Below are positions 44,465 to 53,337 of a stretch of DNA of 64,000 nt, in pieces (position 1 is the first letter of the stretch; each line of letters begins with the position of its first letter). Below the pieces are notes generated by a model. That model saw only the letters and a program-made list of their open reading frames with translations. It did no database searches and was not told the DNA's origin. This DNA is from Lachnospiraceae bacterium (lineage in GTDB: Bacteria; Bacillota; Clostridia; Lachnospirales; Lachnospiraceae), in the NCBI GenBank assembly GCA_017396555.1, contig JAFQLS010000057.1, positions 28,531-92,530 on the forward strand, in the 5' to 3' direction. The translations under genes and the position numbers were made by a program.

Positions 44465-44641
44465 TTAAAGTTTAATATCAATGTTCTGCCCAAGATTAGG
44501 ATTAACTGATGATTCCATAATCTTCTGCATTCCGTCTCCGACTGTTTCAAGAAAATCAAGAGATTTACTAAGAACAGCAACACTGATATCATTGTGAAGC
44601 TGAGTTGCCGATATCGACGGCGAAATTGATGAAATGTTCAT
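44465..44641 (-). CDS. yjfB: YjfB-family putative motility protein (58 aa, not in ORF track)
   Basis: Reverse-strand GGAGG plus ATG (44639-44641). MNISSISPSISATQLHNDISVAVLSKSLDFLETVGDGMQKIMESSVNPNLGQNIDIKL has the ...(S/A)(I/V)AVLKK.(L/M)D......LG..IDI(K) pattern of PF14070, recalled from memory. Confidence 0.7.
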   Translation of the reverse strand: MNISSISPSISATQLHNDISVAVLSKSLDFLETVGDGMQKIMESSVNPNLGQNIDIKL

Positions 44642-44868
44642 AGCATACCTCCGTTCTTAAAATATTATTAATTATATTATAATATATATTAGGAAAATTG
44701 CAATATACAAGAGTGAAGTTATTGTATAAAATTTATAAAAAATAAATATTTGGGCAAAATAAACAAAAGTTGACTGCTTATTTCGTTTATTTGCACTATG
44801 GTTTTTTTTAATAAGATGTTATATAATATCATAAGACAAAATACTAACTATTTGAGGAGGAAAATTTA

Positions 44869-45981
44869 ATGGCAAGTTTATCATTAAAGAATATTAGTAA
44901 AGTATATCCTAACGGCTTTGTAGCAGTTAAGGATTTCAACCTTGAGATTCAGGACAAGGAATTTATCATCTTCGTTGGACCATCAGGATGTGGTAAGTCT
45001 ACAACACTTCGTATGATTGCTGGTCTTGAAGATATTACAGCTGGTGAATTATACATCGGTGACAGATTAGTTAATGATGTAGAGCCTAAGGACAGAGATA
45101 TCGCTATGGTATTCCAGAACTACGCTTTATATCCACATATGACAGTATTTGATAACATGGCATTTGGTCTTAAGTTAAGAAAGACTCCAAAGGATCAGAT
45201 TGACAAGTTAGTACATGAAGCAGCTAAGATTCTTGATATTGAACACTTACTTGATCGTAAGCCAAAGGCTTTATCAGGTGGTCAGAGACAGAGAGTTGCT
45301 ATGGGTCGTGCTATCGTTCGTAATCCAAAGGTATTCCTTATGGATGAGCCTTTATCAAACCTTGATGCTAAGTTAAGAGTACAGATGAGAATTGAGATTT
45401 CTAAATTACATCAGAGACTTGAAACAACAATTATCTACGTTACACATGACCAGACAGAAGCTATGACACTTGGTACAAGAATCGTAGTTATGAAGGATGG
45501 TATCGTACAGCAGGTTGATTCACCTAAGGAATTATATGATAATCCTAACAACTTATTCGTTGCCGGATTTATGGGTTCTCCACAGATGAACTTCTTAGAT
45601 GCACAGGTTACACAGTCTGGCTCAGATATTCTTCTTGTATTTGGCGCTAACTCAATCAAGGTTCCAGAAGCTAAGGCTAAGGCTCTTGTTGAGGGTGGAT
45701 ATGTTGATAAGACAGTAGTTATGGGTCTTCGTCCAGAAGATTTCCATGATGAGCAGGCTGTATTAGCAGTAATGCCAGATAGCACAATCGATGTAACAAT
45801 CAGATTATACGAAATGCTTGGCGCTGAAGTATTCTTATACTTTGATGTAGATCAGTATAGCTGTACAGCAAGAGTTAACCCTCGTACAAATGCTAGACCT
45901 GGTGATACAATTAAGATGGCTATGGATGTTTCTAAGTTACACATCTTTGATAAAGAAACACAGCAGGTAATTACAAACTAG
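44869..45981 (+). CDS. Sugar-type ABC transporter ATPase (MsmX/MalK/UgpC-like), orphan
   Basis: [34 protein letters not shown] and a C-terminal TOBE-like domain. There are no adjacent permease genes. Confidence 0.88.
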   Translation: MASLSLKNISKVYPNGFVAVKDFNLEIQDKEFIIFVGPSGCGKSTTLRMIAGLEDITAGELYIGDRLVNDVEPKDRDIAMVFQNYALYPHMTVFDNMAFGLKLRKTPKDQIDKLVHEAAKILDIEHLLDRKPKALSGGQRQRVAMGRAIVRNPKVFLMDEPLSNLDAKLRVQMRIEISKLHQRLETTIIYVTHDQTEAMTLGTRIVVMKDGIVQQVDSPKELYDNPNNLFVAGFMGSPQMNFLDAQVTQSGSDILLVFGANSIKVPEAKAKALVEGGYVDKTVVMGLRPEDFHDEQAVLAVMPDSTIDVTIRLYEMLGAEVFLYFDVDQYSCTARVNPRTNARPGDTIKMAMDVSKLHIFDKETQQVITN

Positions 45982-45999
45982 TAAAGATTAAGATTTTTC

Positions 46000-46039
46000 A
46001 GAGGAAATGTATATTTTTTACATTTCCTCTTTTTTTTTT
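46000..46039 (+). terminator. Intrinsic terminator
   Basis: AGAGGAAATGTA (46000-46011) pairs with TACATTTCCTCT (46019-46030), followed by a 9-T run. Confidence 0.85.
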
Positions 46040-46098
46040 GTCCAAAATAGATTAATATATAATTAGGTAAGAATGTTTTTTGGAATGGAGGAGAAAAA

Positions 46099-47199
46099 AT
46101 GATATCAAATCAGATCCTTTCAACAACAATTGAAGGAATAAAGAATATTTCAAAAGTAGATTTTTGTGTGGCAGATACAGAAGGTAAGGTTATAGCTACT
46201 ACATTTGAATGTGGTAATCTTTATGAAGAGGCTATAGTGACATTTGTAGATTCACCGGCAGATAGTCAGGTTGTTCAAGATTGTCAGTATTTTAAGGTAT
46301 ATGATGATAATAGATTAGAGTATGTACTTATAGCGAATGGTAATAATGAAGATACCTATATGGTTGGAAAGATGGCAACGTTTCAGTTGCAAAATTTATT
46401 AGTTGCATATAAGGAACGTTTTGATAAAGATAATTTCATTAAGAATTTATTGTTAGACAACCTTTTATTAGTAGATATTTACAACAGAGCCAAGAAACTA
46501 CATATTGAAGCAAATGCAAGAAGAGTGGTATACTTGGTTGAGGCAGAGGGTGATAAAGATAATAACGTTCTTGAAACAGTGAGGGGGATATATGCAGGCA
46601 AGAACAAGGACTTTATTACTGCTGTTGATGAAAAAAATATAATTATTGTTAAAGAAGTTGGACAAAACGAAACATATGATGATTTGGAAAAGATAGCGAA
46701 CACTTTATTGGATACAATTAATTCAGAAGCTATGGTTAAGGTGTATATAAGTTTTGGTACTATTGTAAATGATCTTAAAGAGGTGTCAAGATCATACAAG
46801 GAAGCTTCAATGGCCTTGGATGTTGGTAAGATTTTCTACAATGGAAAGAACGTTGTGGCTTATAACAAACTGGGAATAGGCAGACTTATTTATCAGTTAC
46901 CTATGCCTTTGTGTAAAATGTTTATTAAGGAAATTTTTGATGGAAAGTCACCGGATGAATTTGATGAAGAGACATTGACAACAATTAATAAGTTTTTTGA
47001 AAATAATCTTAATGTATCTGAAACCTCAAGACAGTTATATATCCATAGAAATACTCTGGTATATCGTCTTGATAAGCTTCAGAAGGCTACAAATCTTGAC
47101 TTAAGAATTTTTGAAGATGCAATAACTTTTAAGATTGCATTGATGGTAGTTAAGTATATGAAATATATGGATTCAATGAACGATTTCTACAATAATTAG
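46099..47199 (+). CDS. PucR/CdaR-family transcriptional regulator
   Basis: C-terminal HTH ...NLNVSETSRQLYIHRNTLVYRLDKL... is typical of PucR_C. Lies upstream of ftsEX. Confidence 0.7.
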   Translation: MISNQILSTTIEGIKNISKVDFCVADTEGKVIATTFECGNLYEEAIVTFVDSPADSQVVQDCQYFKVYDDNRLEYVLIANGNNEDTYMVGKMATFQLQNLLVAYKERFDKDNFIKNLLLDNLLLVDIYNRAKKLHIEANARRVVYLVEAEGDKDNNVLETVRGIYAGKNKDFITAVDEKNIIIVKEVGQNETYDDLEKIANTLLDTINSEAMVKVYISFGTIVNDLKEVSRSYKEASMALDVGKIFYNGKNVVAYNKLGIGRLIYQLPMPLCKMFIKEIFDGKSPDEFDEETLTTINKFFENNLNVSETSRQLYIHRNTLVYRLDKLQKATNLDLRIFEDAITFKIALMVVKYMKYMDSMNDFYNN

Positions 47200-47213
47200 A
47201 AAGGCAGATAAGG

Positions 47214-47897
47214 ATGATTGTATTAGAAAACGTCAGCAAATCTTATTCGACAGGAGCACCGGCAATTAATCAAATTAATCTTACGATTGAGAAGGGAGAA
47301 TTTGTATTTATTGTAGGTAACAGTGGTTCGGGTAAATCGACATTAATTAAACTTTTGCTTAAGGAATTAGAGCCTACAGAGGGTAAAATTTATGTAAATG
47401 ACAAATGTTTGAACAGAATGAGGAGAAAGAAGATACCTTATCTTAGAAGAGATATTGGTGTTGTATTTCAGGATTTTAGATTGTTAAAGGATAGGAATAT
47501 TTATGATAATATTGCGTTTGCACTGCGTGTTGTGGAAACTCCTATAAGAGTTATTAAAAGAAGAGTTCCGGCTATGCTTGCACTTGTAGGGTTATCAGAG
47601 AAATATCGTTCATTTCCAAAAGAATTATCAGGTGGAGAACAGCAGCGAGTTGCTCTTGCAAGAGCACTTGTGAACAATCCATCTATTTTGCTTGCAGATG
47701 AGCCTACAGGTAATTTGGATCCAAAGAATTCGTGGGAGATAATGAAGCTTTTGGATGAGATAAATAAAAGAGGTACAACTGTAGTAGTTGTTACGCATAA
47801 TAGGGAAATAGTTGAAGCTATGAATAAGCGTGTAATAACAATGAACAAAGGTGTAATTATAAGTGACATAAAAAAAGGTGATTATAATGAAGATTAG
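47214..47897 (+). CDS. ftsE: Cell-division ABC ATPase FtsE
   Basis: GNSGSGKST, LSGGEQQRVALARA, LLADEPTGNLD; 227 aa; followed by ftsX. Confidence 0.9.
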   Translation: MIVLENVSKSYSTGAPAINQINLTIEKGEFVFIVGNSGSGKSTLIKLLLKELEPTEGKIYVNDKCLNRMRRKKIPYLRRDIGVVFQDFRLLKDRNIYDNIAFALRVVETPIRVIKRRVPAMLALVGLSEKYRSFPKELSGGEQQRVALARALVNNPSILLADEPTGNLDPKNSWEIMKLLDEINKRGTTVVVVTHNREIVEAMNKRVITMNKGVIISDIKKGDYNED

Positions 47898-48795
47898 TAC
47901 ATTTATATACAGTTTGAAGCAGGGATTTAAAAATATTAGACGTAATAAGCTTTTTTCACTTGCTTCAGTTGGAACAATTGCATCCTGTATATTTCTTATG
48001 GGTATGTTTGGAGCTATTCTGGCAAATTTTGTCCATATTGTTGATGAAACAGAGAAAAATGTGTGCATAACCGTTTTTTTTGATGAAGGAATCGAACAGG
48101 AGAAAATTGATGGTATAGGAGAGGCAATAAGAAAAAGAGTTGAGGTTGCCAGATTAGAATTTACTAGTGCAGAAGAGGCATGGGAAGAATTTAAGGTTGA
48201 ATATTTTGCAGAAGCCCCTGAATTGGCAGAGGGATTCGCGGAGGATAATCCGCTTGCTAATTCAGCCTATTATGACGTGTATCTAAATGATATTTCTATG
48301 CAGTCAGCGCTCAAAAAACATATAGAAGGTATGGAGGGCGTTAGAAAGGTTAATGCCTCAGAGGTTGTTGCAAGTACGCTTACTGACTTTGGGCATATTG
48401 TGTCGTATATTTCCATAGCTGTTATAGTTATATTGTTGGCTGTTGGTATATTTCTTATAAGTAATACGGTTATGATAGGTATTGCGGTAAGAAAGGAAGA
48501 AATTGGAATAATGAAATTAATTGGTGCTACAGATTTCTTTATCAGAGTACCATTTATGGTTGAGGGTATAATAATAGGTCTTATTGGAGCTGTTATTCCT
48601 TTGATTGCGCTGTTTTTCCTTTATAAGAATGTTATACTTTATCTTGTAAGTGAATTTCAGACGATTTCAAATAAGTCAGTCTTCCTTAAGATAGATACGG
48701 TATTCAATGTAATGGTGCCATGTGCATTGTTAATTGGAGCGGGAATTGGATTTGTAGGTAGTATGATTACTATTAAAAAGCACTTAAAAGTATAG
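47887..48795 (+). CDS. ftsX: Cell-division permease-like protein FtsX
   Basis: N-terminal ...GFKNIRRNKLFS, an extracellular domain and a C-terminal FtsX 3-TM bundle. ATG 47887 lies 7 nt after AAAGGTGA; the track start is GTG 47878. Confidence 0.85.
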   Translation: MKISTFIYSLKQGFKNIRRNKLFSLASVGTIASCIFLMGMFGAILANFVHIVDETEKNVCITVFFDEGIEQEKIDGIGEAIRKRVEVARLEFTSAEEAWEEFKVEYFAEAPELAEGFAEDNPLANSAYYDVYLNDISMQSALKKHIEGMEGVRKVNASEVVASTLTDFGHIVSYISIAVIVILLAVGIFLISNTVMIGIAVRKEEIGIMKLIGATDFFIRVPFMVEGIIIGLIGAVIPLIALFFLYKNVILYLVSEFQTISNKSVFLKIDTVFNVMVPCALLIGAGIGFVGSMITIKKHLKV

Positions 48796-48808
48796 GAGGT
48801 AATGTACA

Positions 48809-50017
48809 ATGAAAAGATTTCTTTTCGGAAGTGTATGCATTTTAGCTTTAGCGTGTGTGATAGTTGTTTCAGATATGGTTCCTTTGTATGCTACTAGTAT
48901 ACAGGAAGAAGAGAGTAAGAAACAGGAATTGGAAAATAACCTTGAGGATATTGAGGGTGTTATTAGCAATTTGGAGCAGTATATCGATGATGAGGAAGCA
49001 TATATTAATCAAGTGGATGCAGAACTTACTGTATTAACAGACGGAATATATGATTTACAGGATCAGGTTAAGGCAAAAAAGAAGGAAATAAAAGCAAAAA
49101 AGAAGGAAATAAAGGCAGCTCAGGCGGATATTGATGTTCAGTACGAGAGCATGAAAAAAAGAATTCAGTTTATGTTTGAGAATGGAGATGCTATGTATTC
49201 TCAAATGATTCTCGGTTCAGAAAATGTATCAGATTTTCTGAATCGTGCGGAATATATTAATGAGCTTACCACATATGATAGAGAACAGCTTACTAAATTA
49301 CAGAAGGCGAAGAAGAAGCTTAATAAACAGAAGAAAAAGCTTGAAAATGAACAGGCTTCCTTGGAGCAGCTTATTGCTGATGAGGAGAAGAAGCGTTTGG
49401 ATATGGAAACTCTCATTGCTAATAAAAAAGAGGTTGTAGATGGATATACAGCGGACATTAGTGAGCAGGAGGCAGCAGCTCTAGAGATACAGGCTGAAAT
49501 TGAAGCTCAGGAGGCTATTATTGCAGAACTTGTTGAATTGGAGAGGAAACGTAAGGAAGAGGAAGAACGTAGAAGACAGGAAGCGCTTCAACAGCAGCAG
49601 AATGCAAATCTTCCACAATATGATGGTGGCCAGTTCTTATGGCCGGTACCTGGTTATTATAGAATAAGTTCAGAGTATGGTACTAGATCGGATCCATTTA
49701 CAGGCTTGTCTGCATGGCATAATGGTTTGGATATACCTGCACCAGAAGGAACACCAATTATTGCGGCATATTCAGGAGAAGTAATATGGGCATATCATAG
49801 TTCTAGCGCCGGAAACTGGATTGGTATAGATCATGGTGATGGAATAGTAACTATATATATGCATGCATCTAAGCTTTTGGTATCGGAAGGTGACAGAGTA
49901 AATGCAGGTGATACAATTGCGCTTGTTGGAACTACAGGCCGTTCTACAGGAAATCATTTACATTTTACCGTACGAGTAAATGGGGTTGACGAGAATCCTC
50001 ATAATTATGTGGGTTAA
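48809..50017 (+). CDS. Coiled-coil M23 peptidoglycan DD-metalloendopeptidase (EnvC/PcsB-like FtsEX partner)
   Basis: Signal peptide, ~230 aa of heptad-rich E/K/Q sequence, then HNGLDI...GTTGRSTGNHLHF (M23 motifs). Confidence 0.85.
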   Translation: MKRFLFGSVCILALACVIVVSDMVPLYATSIQEEESKKQELENNLEDIEGVISNLEQYIDDEEAYINQVDAELTVLTDGIYDLQDQVKAKKKEIKAKKKEIKAAQADIDVQYESMKKRIQFMFENGDAMYSQMILGSENVSDFLNRAEYINELTTYDREQLTKLQKAKKKLNKQKKKLENEQASLEQLIADEEKKRLDMETLIANKKEVVDGYTADISEQEAAALEIQAEIEAQEAIIAELVELERKRKEEEERRRQEALQQQQNANLPQYDGGQFLWPVPGYYRISSEYGTRSDPFTGLSAWHNGLDIPAPEGTPIIAAYSGEVIWAYHSSSAGNWIGIDHGDGIVTIYMHASKLLVSEGDRVNAGDTIALVGTTGRSTGNHLHFTVRVNGVDENPHNYVG

Positions 50018-50040
50018 TAATAATATGACGGAGAGTTGTT

Positions 50041-51258
50041 ATGGAAGAAAATAAAAGTAGTAGTAACAGATATTTAGTGGGGTGTTTAACGGGATTTGCC
50101 ATAGGCACATTTGTTGCAATATTGGTAGTAGTAATAGTGCAACTGGTAATGCGAGTGCCGTATAATTTAAACAGTAATGATAATGCTGATATTTCTGATT
50201 TAACACAGAAAATGCAACTAATTATTTCAGAGATTGATAAAACATATATAGATGAAATTGATGAAGAAGAAATGGAAGATGCAGTGTATGGAGCAATACT
50301 TGAGTCGCTAGATGATCCATATAGCTGTTATTACAACGAGGAGGAATTAACCTCGATGCTGGACGACGTGGCTGGAACATATTGTGGTATAGGTGTTTCG
50401 GTAAATAAAGATGCAAAGACTCAGGACGTTGTTGTAACTAATGTTTTTAAATCAGGCAGTGCTCATGAGGCGGGTATAAAAGCCGGAGATAAAATTTTGT
50501 GCATAGATGGAAATGATGTCAAAGGACAAAGTCTGGATATGGTTGTATCATGGGTTAAGGGCGAAGAAGGTACAGAGGTTACAGTCAAAGTTGATAGAGA
50601 TGGTAAAAAAATAGATTTTATCATGAATAGAAAGATGATAGAGGTGGATACCGTATATTATGAGATGCTTGAGGATAATATCGGTTATATACAGTTGAAG
50701 GAATTTGATGTAATCAGTATTACACAGTTTAGTGAGGCTGTGGATGACCTGAATAGTCAGGGGATGGAGAAGATTATCGTCGATGTCCGTGACAATCCGG
50801 GCGGAAGAATGGATGTTGTATGTGATGTTGTTAATACATTTTTGGAAAAGGATAAGTTAATTCTTTACACTGAGGATAAGTACGGTGATAGAGTTGAACA
50901 GTATACCGATAAAGATGGAAAACTGATAGGTATCCCGCTTGTTGTTCTTGTAAATGAAAATAGCGCGAGTGCATCAGAGGTGTTTTCAGGTGTTATTAAA
51001 GATTATGATGCTGGAATGATTGTCGGAAAAACAACATTTGGAAAAGGTGTTGTTCAGAAACTTGTCCGTTTGTCTGATGGAACTGCACTCAAGCTTACCT
51101 ATTCTAAATATTACACACCTGCAGGAGAGGAAATTCACGGAAAAGGAATAGAACCTGTGGAGGAAGTTGAGCTTCCGGGCGATAAAAAAAGTCCTACGTT
51201 ACTGGAAGAAAACGAAAAAGATACACAGCTTGAAAAGGCTATTGAATTATTAAAATAA
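50041..51258 (+). CDS. S41 carboxy-terminal processing peptidase
   Basis: N-terminal TM, a PDZ segment (GIKAGDKILCIDG) and the catalytic region VLVNENSASASEVF...TFGKG. Confidence 0.88.
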   Translation: MEENKSSSNRYLVGCLTGFAIGTFVAILVVVIVQLVMRVPYNLNSNDNADISDLTQKMQLIISEIDKTYIDEIDEEEMEDAVYGAILESLDDPYSCYYNEEELTSMLDDVAGTYCGIGVSVNKDAKTQDVVVTNVFKSGSAHEAGIKAGDKILCIDGNDVKGQSLDMVVSWVKGEEGTEVTVKVDRDGKKIDFIMNRKMIEVDTVYYEMLEDNIGYIQLKEFDVISITQFSEAVDDLNSQGMEKIIVDVRDNPGGRMDVVCDVVNTFLEKDKLILYTEDKYGDRVEQYTDKDGKLIGIPLVVLVNENSASASEVFSGVIKDYDAGMIVGKTTFGKGVVQKLVRLSDGTALKLTYSKYYTPAGEEIHGKGIEPVEEVELPGDKKSPTLLEENEKDTQLEKAIELLK

Positions 51259-51278
51259 AATCAGAACAAATGTTTGCT

Positions 51279-51333
51279 AAGCGTATATAGATGTGCTATA
51301 ATAGGGAAGGCTAGTCTATATACGCTTTGTTTT
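51279..51333 (+). terminator. Hairpin after the S41 peptidase gene; its loop carries an outward promoter-like TTGCTA-17-TGcTATAAT
   Basis: AAGCGTATATAG (51279-51290) pairs with CTATATACGCTT (51316-51327), followed by TGTTTTATT. The 25-nt loop contains TATAAT (51297-51302). TTGCTA lies at 51274-51279. Confidence 0.5.
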
Positions 51334-51472
51334 ATTATATAGTGAGGGAGAAAGACGAAATGAGTGAATTTGTATCCTAGTACGACCTTGCGTCTTTTGG
51401 CGTGTTAAATTGTTCATTTTGTCCAGATAATCCGGATGGTTTGGACAAAATAGCATGGAATAGACGGAATAA

Positions 51473-51508
51473 TACGTAACAGATTTGTGACCTAAATTCG
51501 TGTAATGG
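51473..51508 (+). repeat. Direct repeat DR1 flanking the RhuM islet
   Basis: TACGTAACAGATTTGTGACCTAAATTCGTGTAATGG compared with DR2 TACGATTACAAATTTGTGACTTAAATTCGTGTAATGG: only a few mismatches or indels. Confidence 0.75.
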
Positions 51509-51622
51509 GGAAATAATACAAAATACTACACGCGTGTAGCGGGTTTCGGTTACTCAACAATATTGAATAACTGAAATGGTACGATTTTGAGTAGTTGTTT
51601 AGAAAAATAATGGAGGATAAAT

Positions 51623-52052
51623 ATGTTTCATCAATATTCAGAGGAAGAATTAAGAAGTTATTGCAGGACAAGTATTGAGTCTTTAGAAAAATGGGCTCGT
51701 ATAGTTATCGATGAGGAATTGTCAAACAAATATGGAGATAGTTATTTTGATGCAAAAATGCAAAATGGTGATCCTGTAATAAAGAAGTCAATCAGTGATA
51801 AGGCAACTGATATGTTAGAAAAACATCCAGATAGATTTAGAGGAAAGATAGATACTCTGTTTTTGGAAGAAATAATTTATGTATTATGCAAAGTGCAGCT
51901 TTATAAAGATGTGTTTAAAGTTTGATGAAAGTATGGTAGGAGAAAAAGTTCATATTACATGTCAAATTGTACAAAATAAAGCATGGCACAAGTATAGCAC
52001 ACAAGAAGATCATAGAATTTTGATAGTAATCTGTGTTTTGCCTCCAATCTAA
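51623..52052 (+). pseudogene. Possible frameshifted HEPN-like (Swt1-type) gene: a 100-aa ORF plus a +1-frame continuation
   Basis: The ORF 51623-51925 ends ...FLEEIIYVLCKVQLYKDVFKV*. The +1 frame, open from 51876 to 52052, reads ...FDESMVGEKVHITCQIVQNKAWHKYSTQEDH. QNKAWH sits where a HEPN RNxxxH motif would be expected. The family call comes from memory of motif layout only. Confidence 0.3.
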
Positions 52053-52087
52053 AGATGCTGAGTATATAAATTATACATAAAAATATC

Positions 52088-53131
52088 TTGAAAAATGTAG
52101 AAAGGGTGATAGTTGTGGAAATTACAAAACAGATGGAAATGGTTTTATATCACTCAGAGCAAAGTGATGTTACCGTTAATGCAATTATAAAAGATGAAAC
52201 AATTTGGATTACACAGAAAGCTATGGCTGAATTGTTTGGAATAGATAAATCAGGAATTAGTAGACATTTATCTAATATTTTTAAATCAGGAGAACTAGAT
52301 GAAGAAGTGGTTGTTGCAAAAATTGCAACAACCACTCAACATGGTGCAATAGAAGGAAAAACACAGAATTCACTGACAAATTATTATAATTTGGATGCAA
52401 TTATATCTGTAGGGTATCGAGTGGATTCTAAGCAGGCAACACAATTTCGTATCTGGGCAACGAATGTATTAAAAGAGTATATGCGAAAAGGTTTTGCCAT
52501 GGATGATGAACGCTTGAAGCAGGGAAAAACTTTATTCGGTAAAGATTACTTCCGCGAATTGCTTGAGAGAGTTCGTTCTATTAGAGCTAGTGAAAGAAGA
52601 ATCTGGCAGCAGATAACTGATATTTTTGCTGAGTGTAGTATAGATTATGATAAAACCTCAGAAGTTACATATAAATTCTATGCTACAGTACAAAATAAAT
52701 TCCATTTTGCCATAACAGGAAAAACAGCAGCAGAAATTGTATATGATACAGCAGATCATACAAAAGATAATATGGGATTAACTACTTGGGAAAATGCTCC
52801 TGAAGGACGAATTTTAAAGTCAGACACTTCAATCGCAAAGAATTATTTGAATGAAAAACAAATTCGTCAATTAGAACGTGCTGTTACGGGATATTTTGAT
52901 TATGTCGAAGATTTGATTGAAAGAGAAAATGTTTTTACAATGCAGGAATTTTCAGATAGTATTAATGCATTTCTGGAATTTCGTAGATACGATATCTTGC
53001 GAGATAATGGGAAGATATCGCATAAGCAGGCGTTAGAAAAGGCATATTATGAATATGAAATATTTAACAAAATTCAGCCGATAGAATCTGATTTTGACAA
53101 AGTTGTAAAAGAAATTGAAAATAAACGATAG
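52088..53131 (+). CDS. RhuM-family (virulence protein RhuM, PF13310-like) protein
   Basis: ...VLYHSEQSDVTVNAIIKDETIWITQKAMAELFGIDKSGISRHLSNIFKSGELDEE...NLDAIISVGYRV.S..ATQFRIWAT..L...KGF..DDERLK is the RhuM pattern. The true start may be GTG 52115 or ATG 52133. Confidence 0.75.
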   Translation: MKNVERVIVVEITKQMEMVLYHSEQSDVTVNAIIKDETIWITQKAMAELFGIDKSGISRHLSNIFKSGELDEEVVVAKIATTTQHGAIEGKTQNSLTNYYNLDAIISVGYRVDSKQATQFRIWATNVLKEYMRKGFAMDDERLKQGKTLFGKDYFRELLERVRSIRASERRIWQQITDIFAECSIDYDKTSEVTYKFYATVQNKFHFAITGKTAAEIVYDTADHTKDNMGLTTWENAPEGRILKSDTSIAKNYLNEKQIRQLERAVTGYFDYVEDLIERENVFTMQEFSDSINAFLEFRRYDILRDNGKISHKQALEKAYYEYEIFNKIQPIESDFDKVVKEIENKR

Positions 53132-53203
53132 ATGTCGTTGAACAAAATTGCCGGAAACGTAAAAAATATTCAATGAATACTCTTCTGACAACTTTGCAGG
53201 TAT

Positions 53204-53240
53204 TACGATTACAAATTTGTGACTTAAATTCGTGTAATGG
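53204..53240 (+). repeat. Direct repeat DR2 flanking the RhuM islet
   Basis: Partner of 51473-51508. Confidence 0.75.
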
Positions 53241-53289
53241 AGCAAAAAAGAATATTAGCCAAGTGATTTTATGATAATTACACGAATTT
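53226..53289. repeat. Perfect 13-bp inverted repeat upstream of uvrB
   Basis: AAATTCGTGTAAT (53226-53238) and ATTACACGAATTT (53277-53289), separated by 38 nt. The left arm is part of DR2. Confidence 0.8.
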
Positions 53290-53337
53290 CTGGTTGATTG
53301 ACAAACTTTTTTACTATAGACTATGGAGGTGGAAATT

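Noticed and set aside
44392-44592. A 66-aa minus-strand ORF from the track.
   Set aside because: It reads through the terminator hairpin and has no SD. A different frame gives an SD-preceded YjfB-like 58-aa protein (44465-44641), which explains the region better.
53132-53337. A LexA/DinR (Cheo-type GAAC-N4-GTTC) box upstream of uvrB.
   Set aside because: I read both strands and found no such motif, so none is annotated. The absence itself is noted as a finding.
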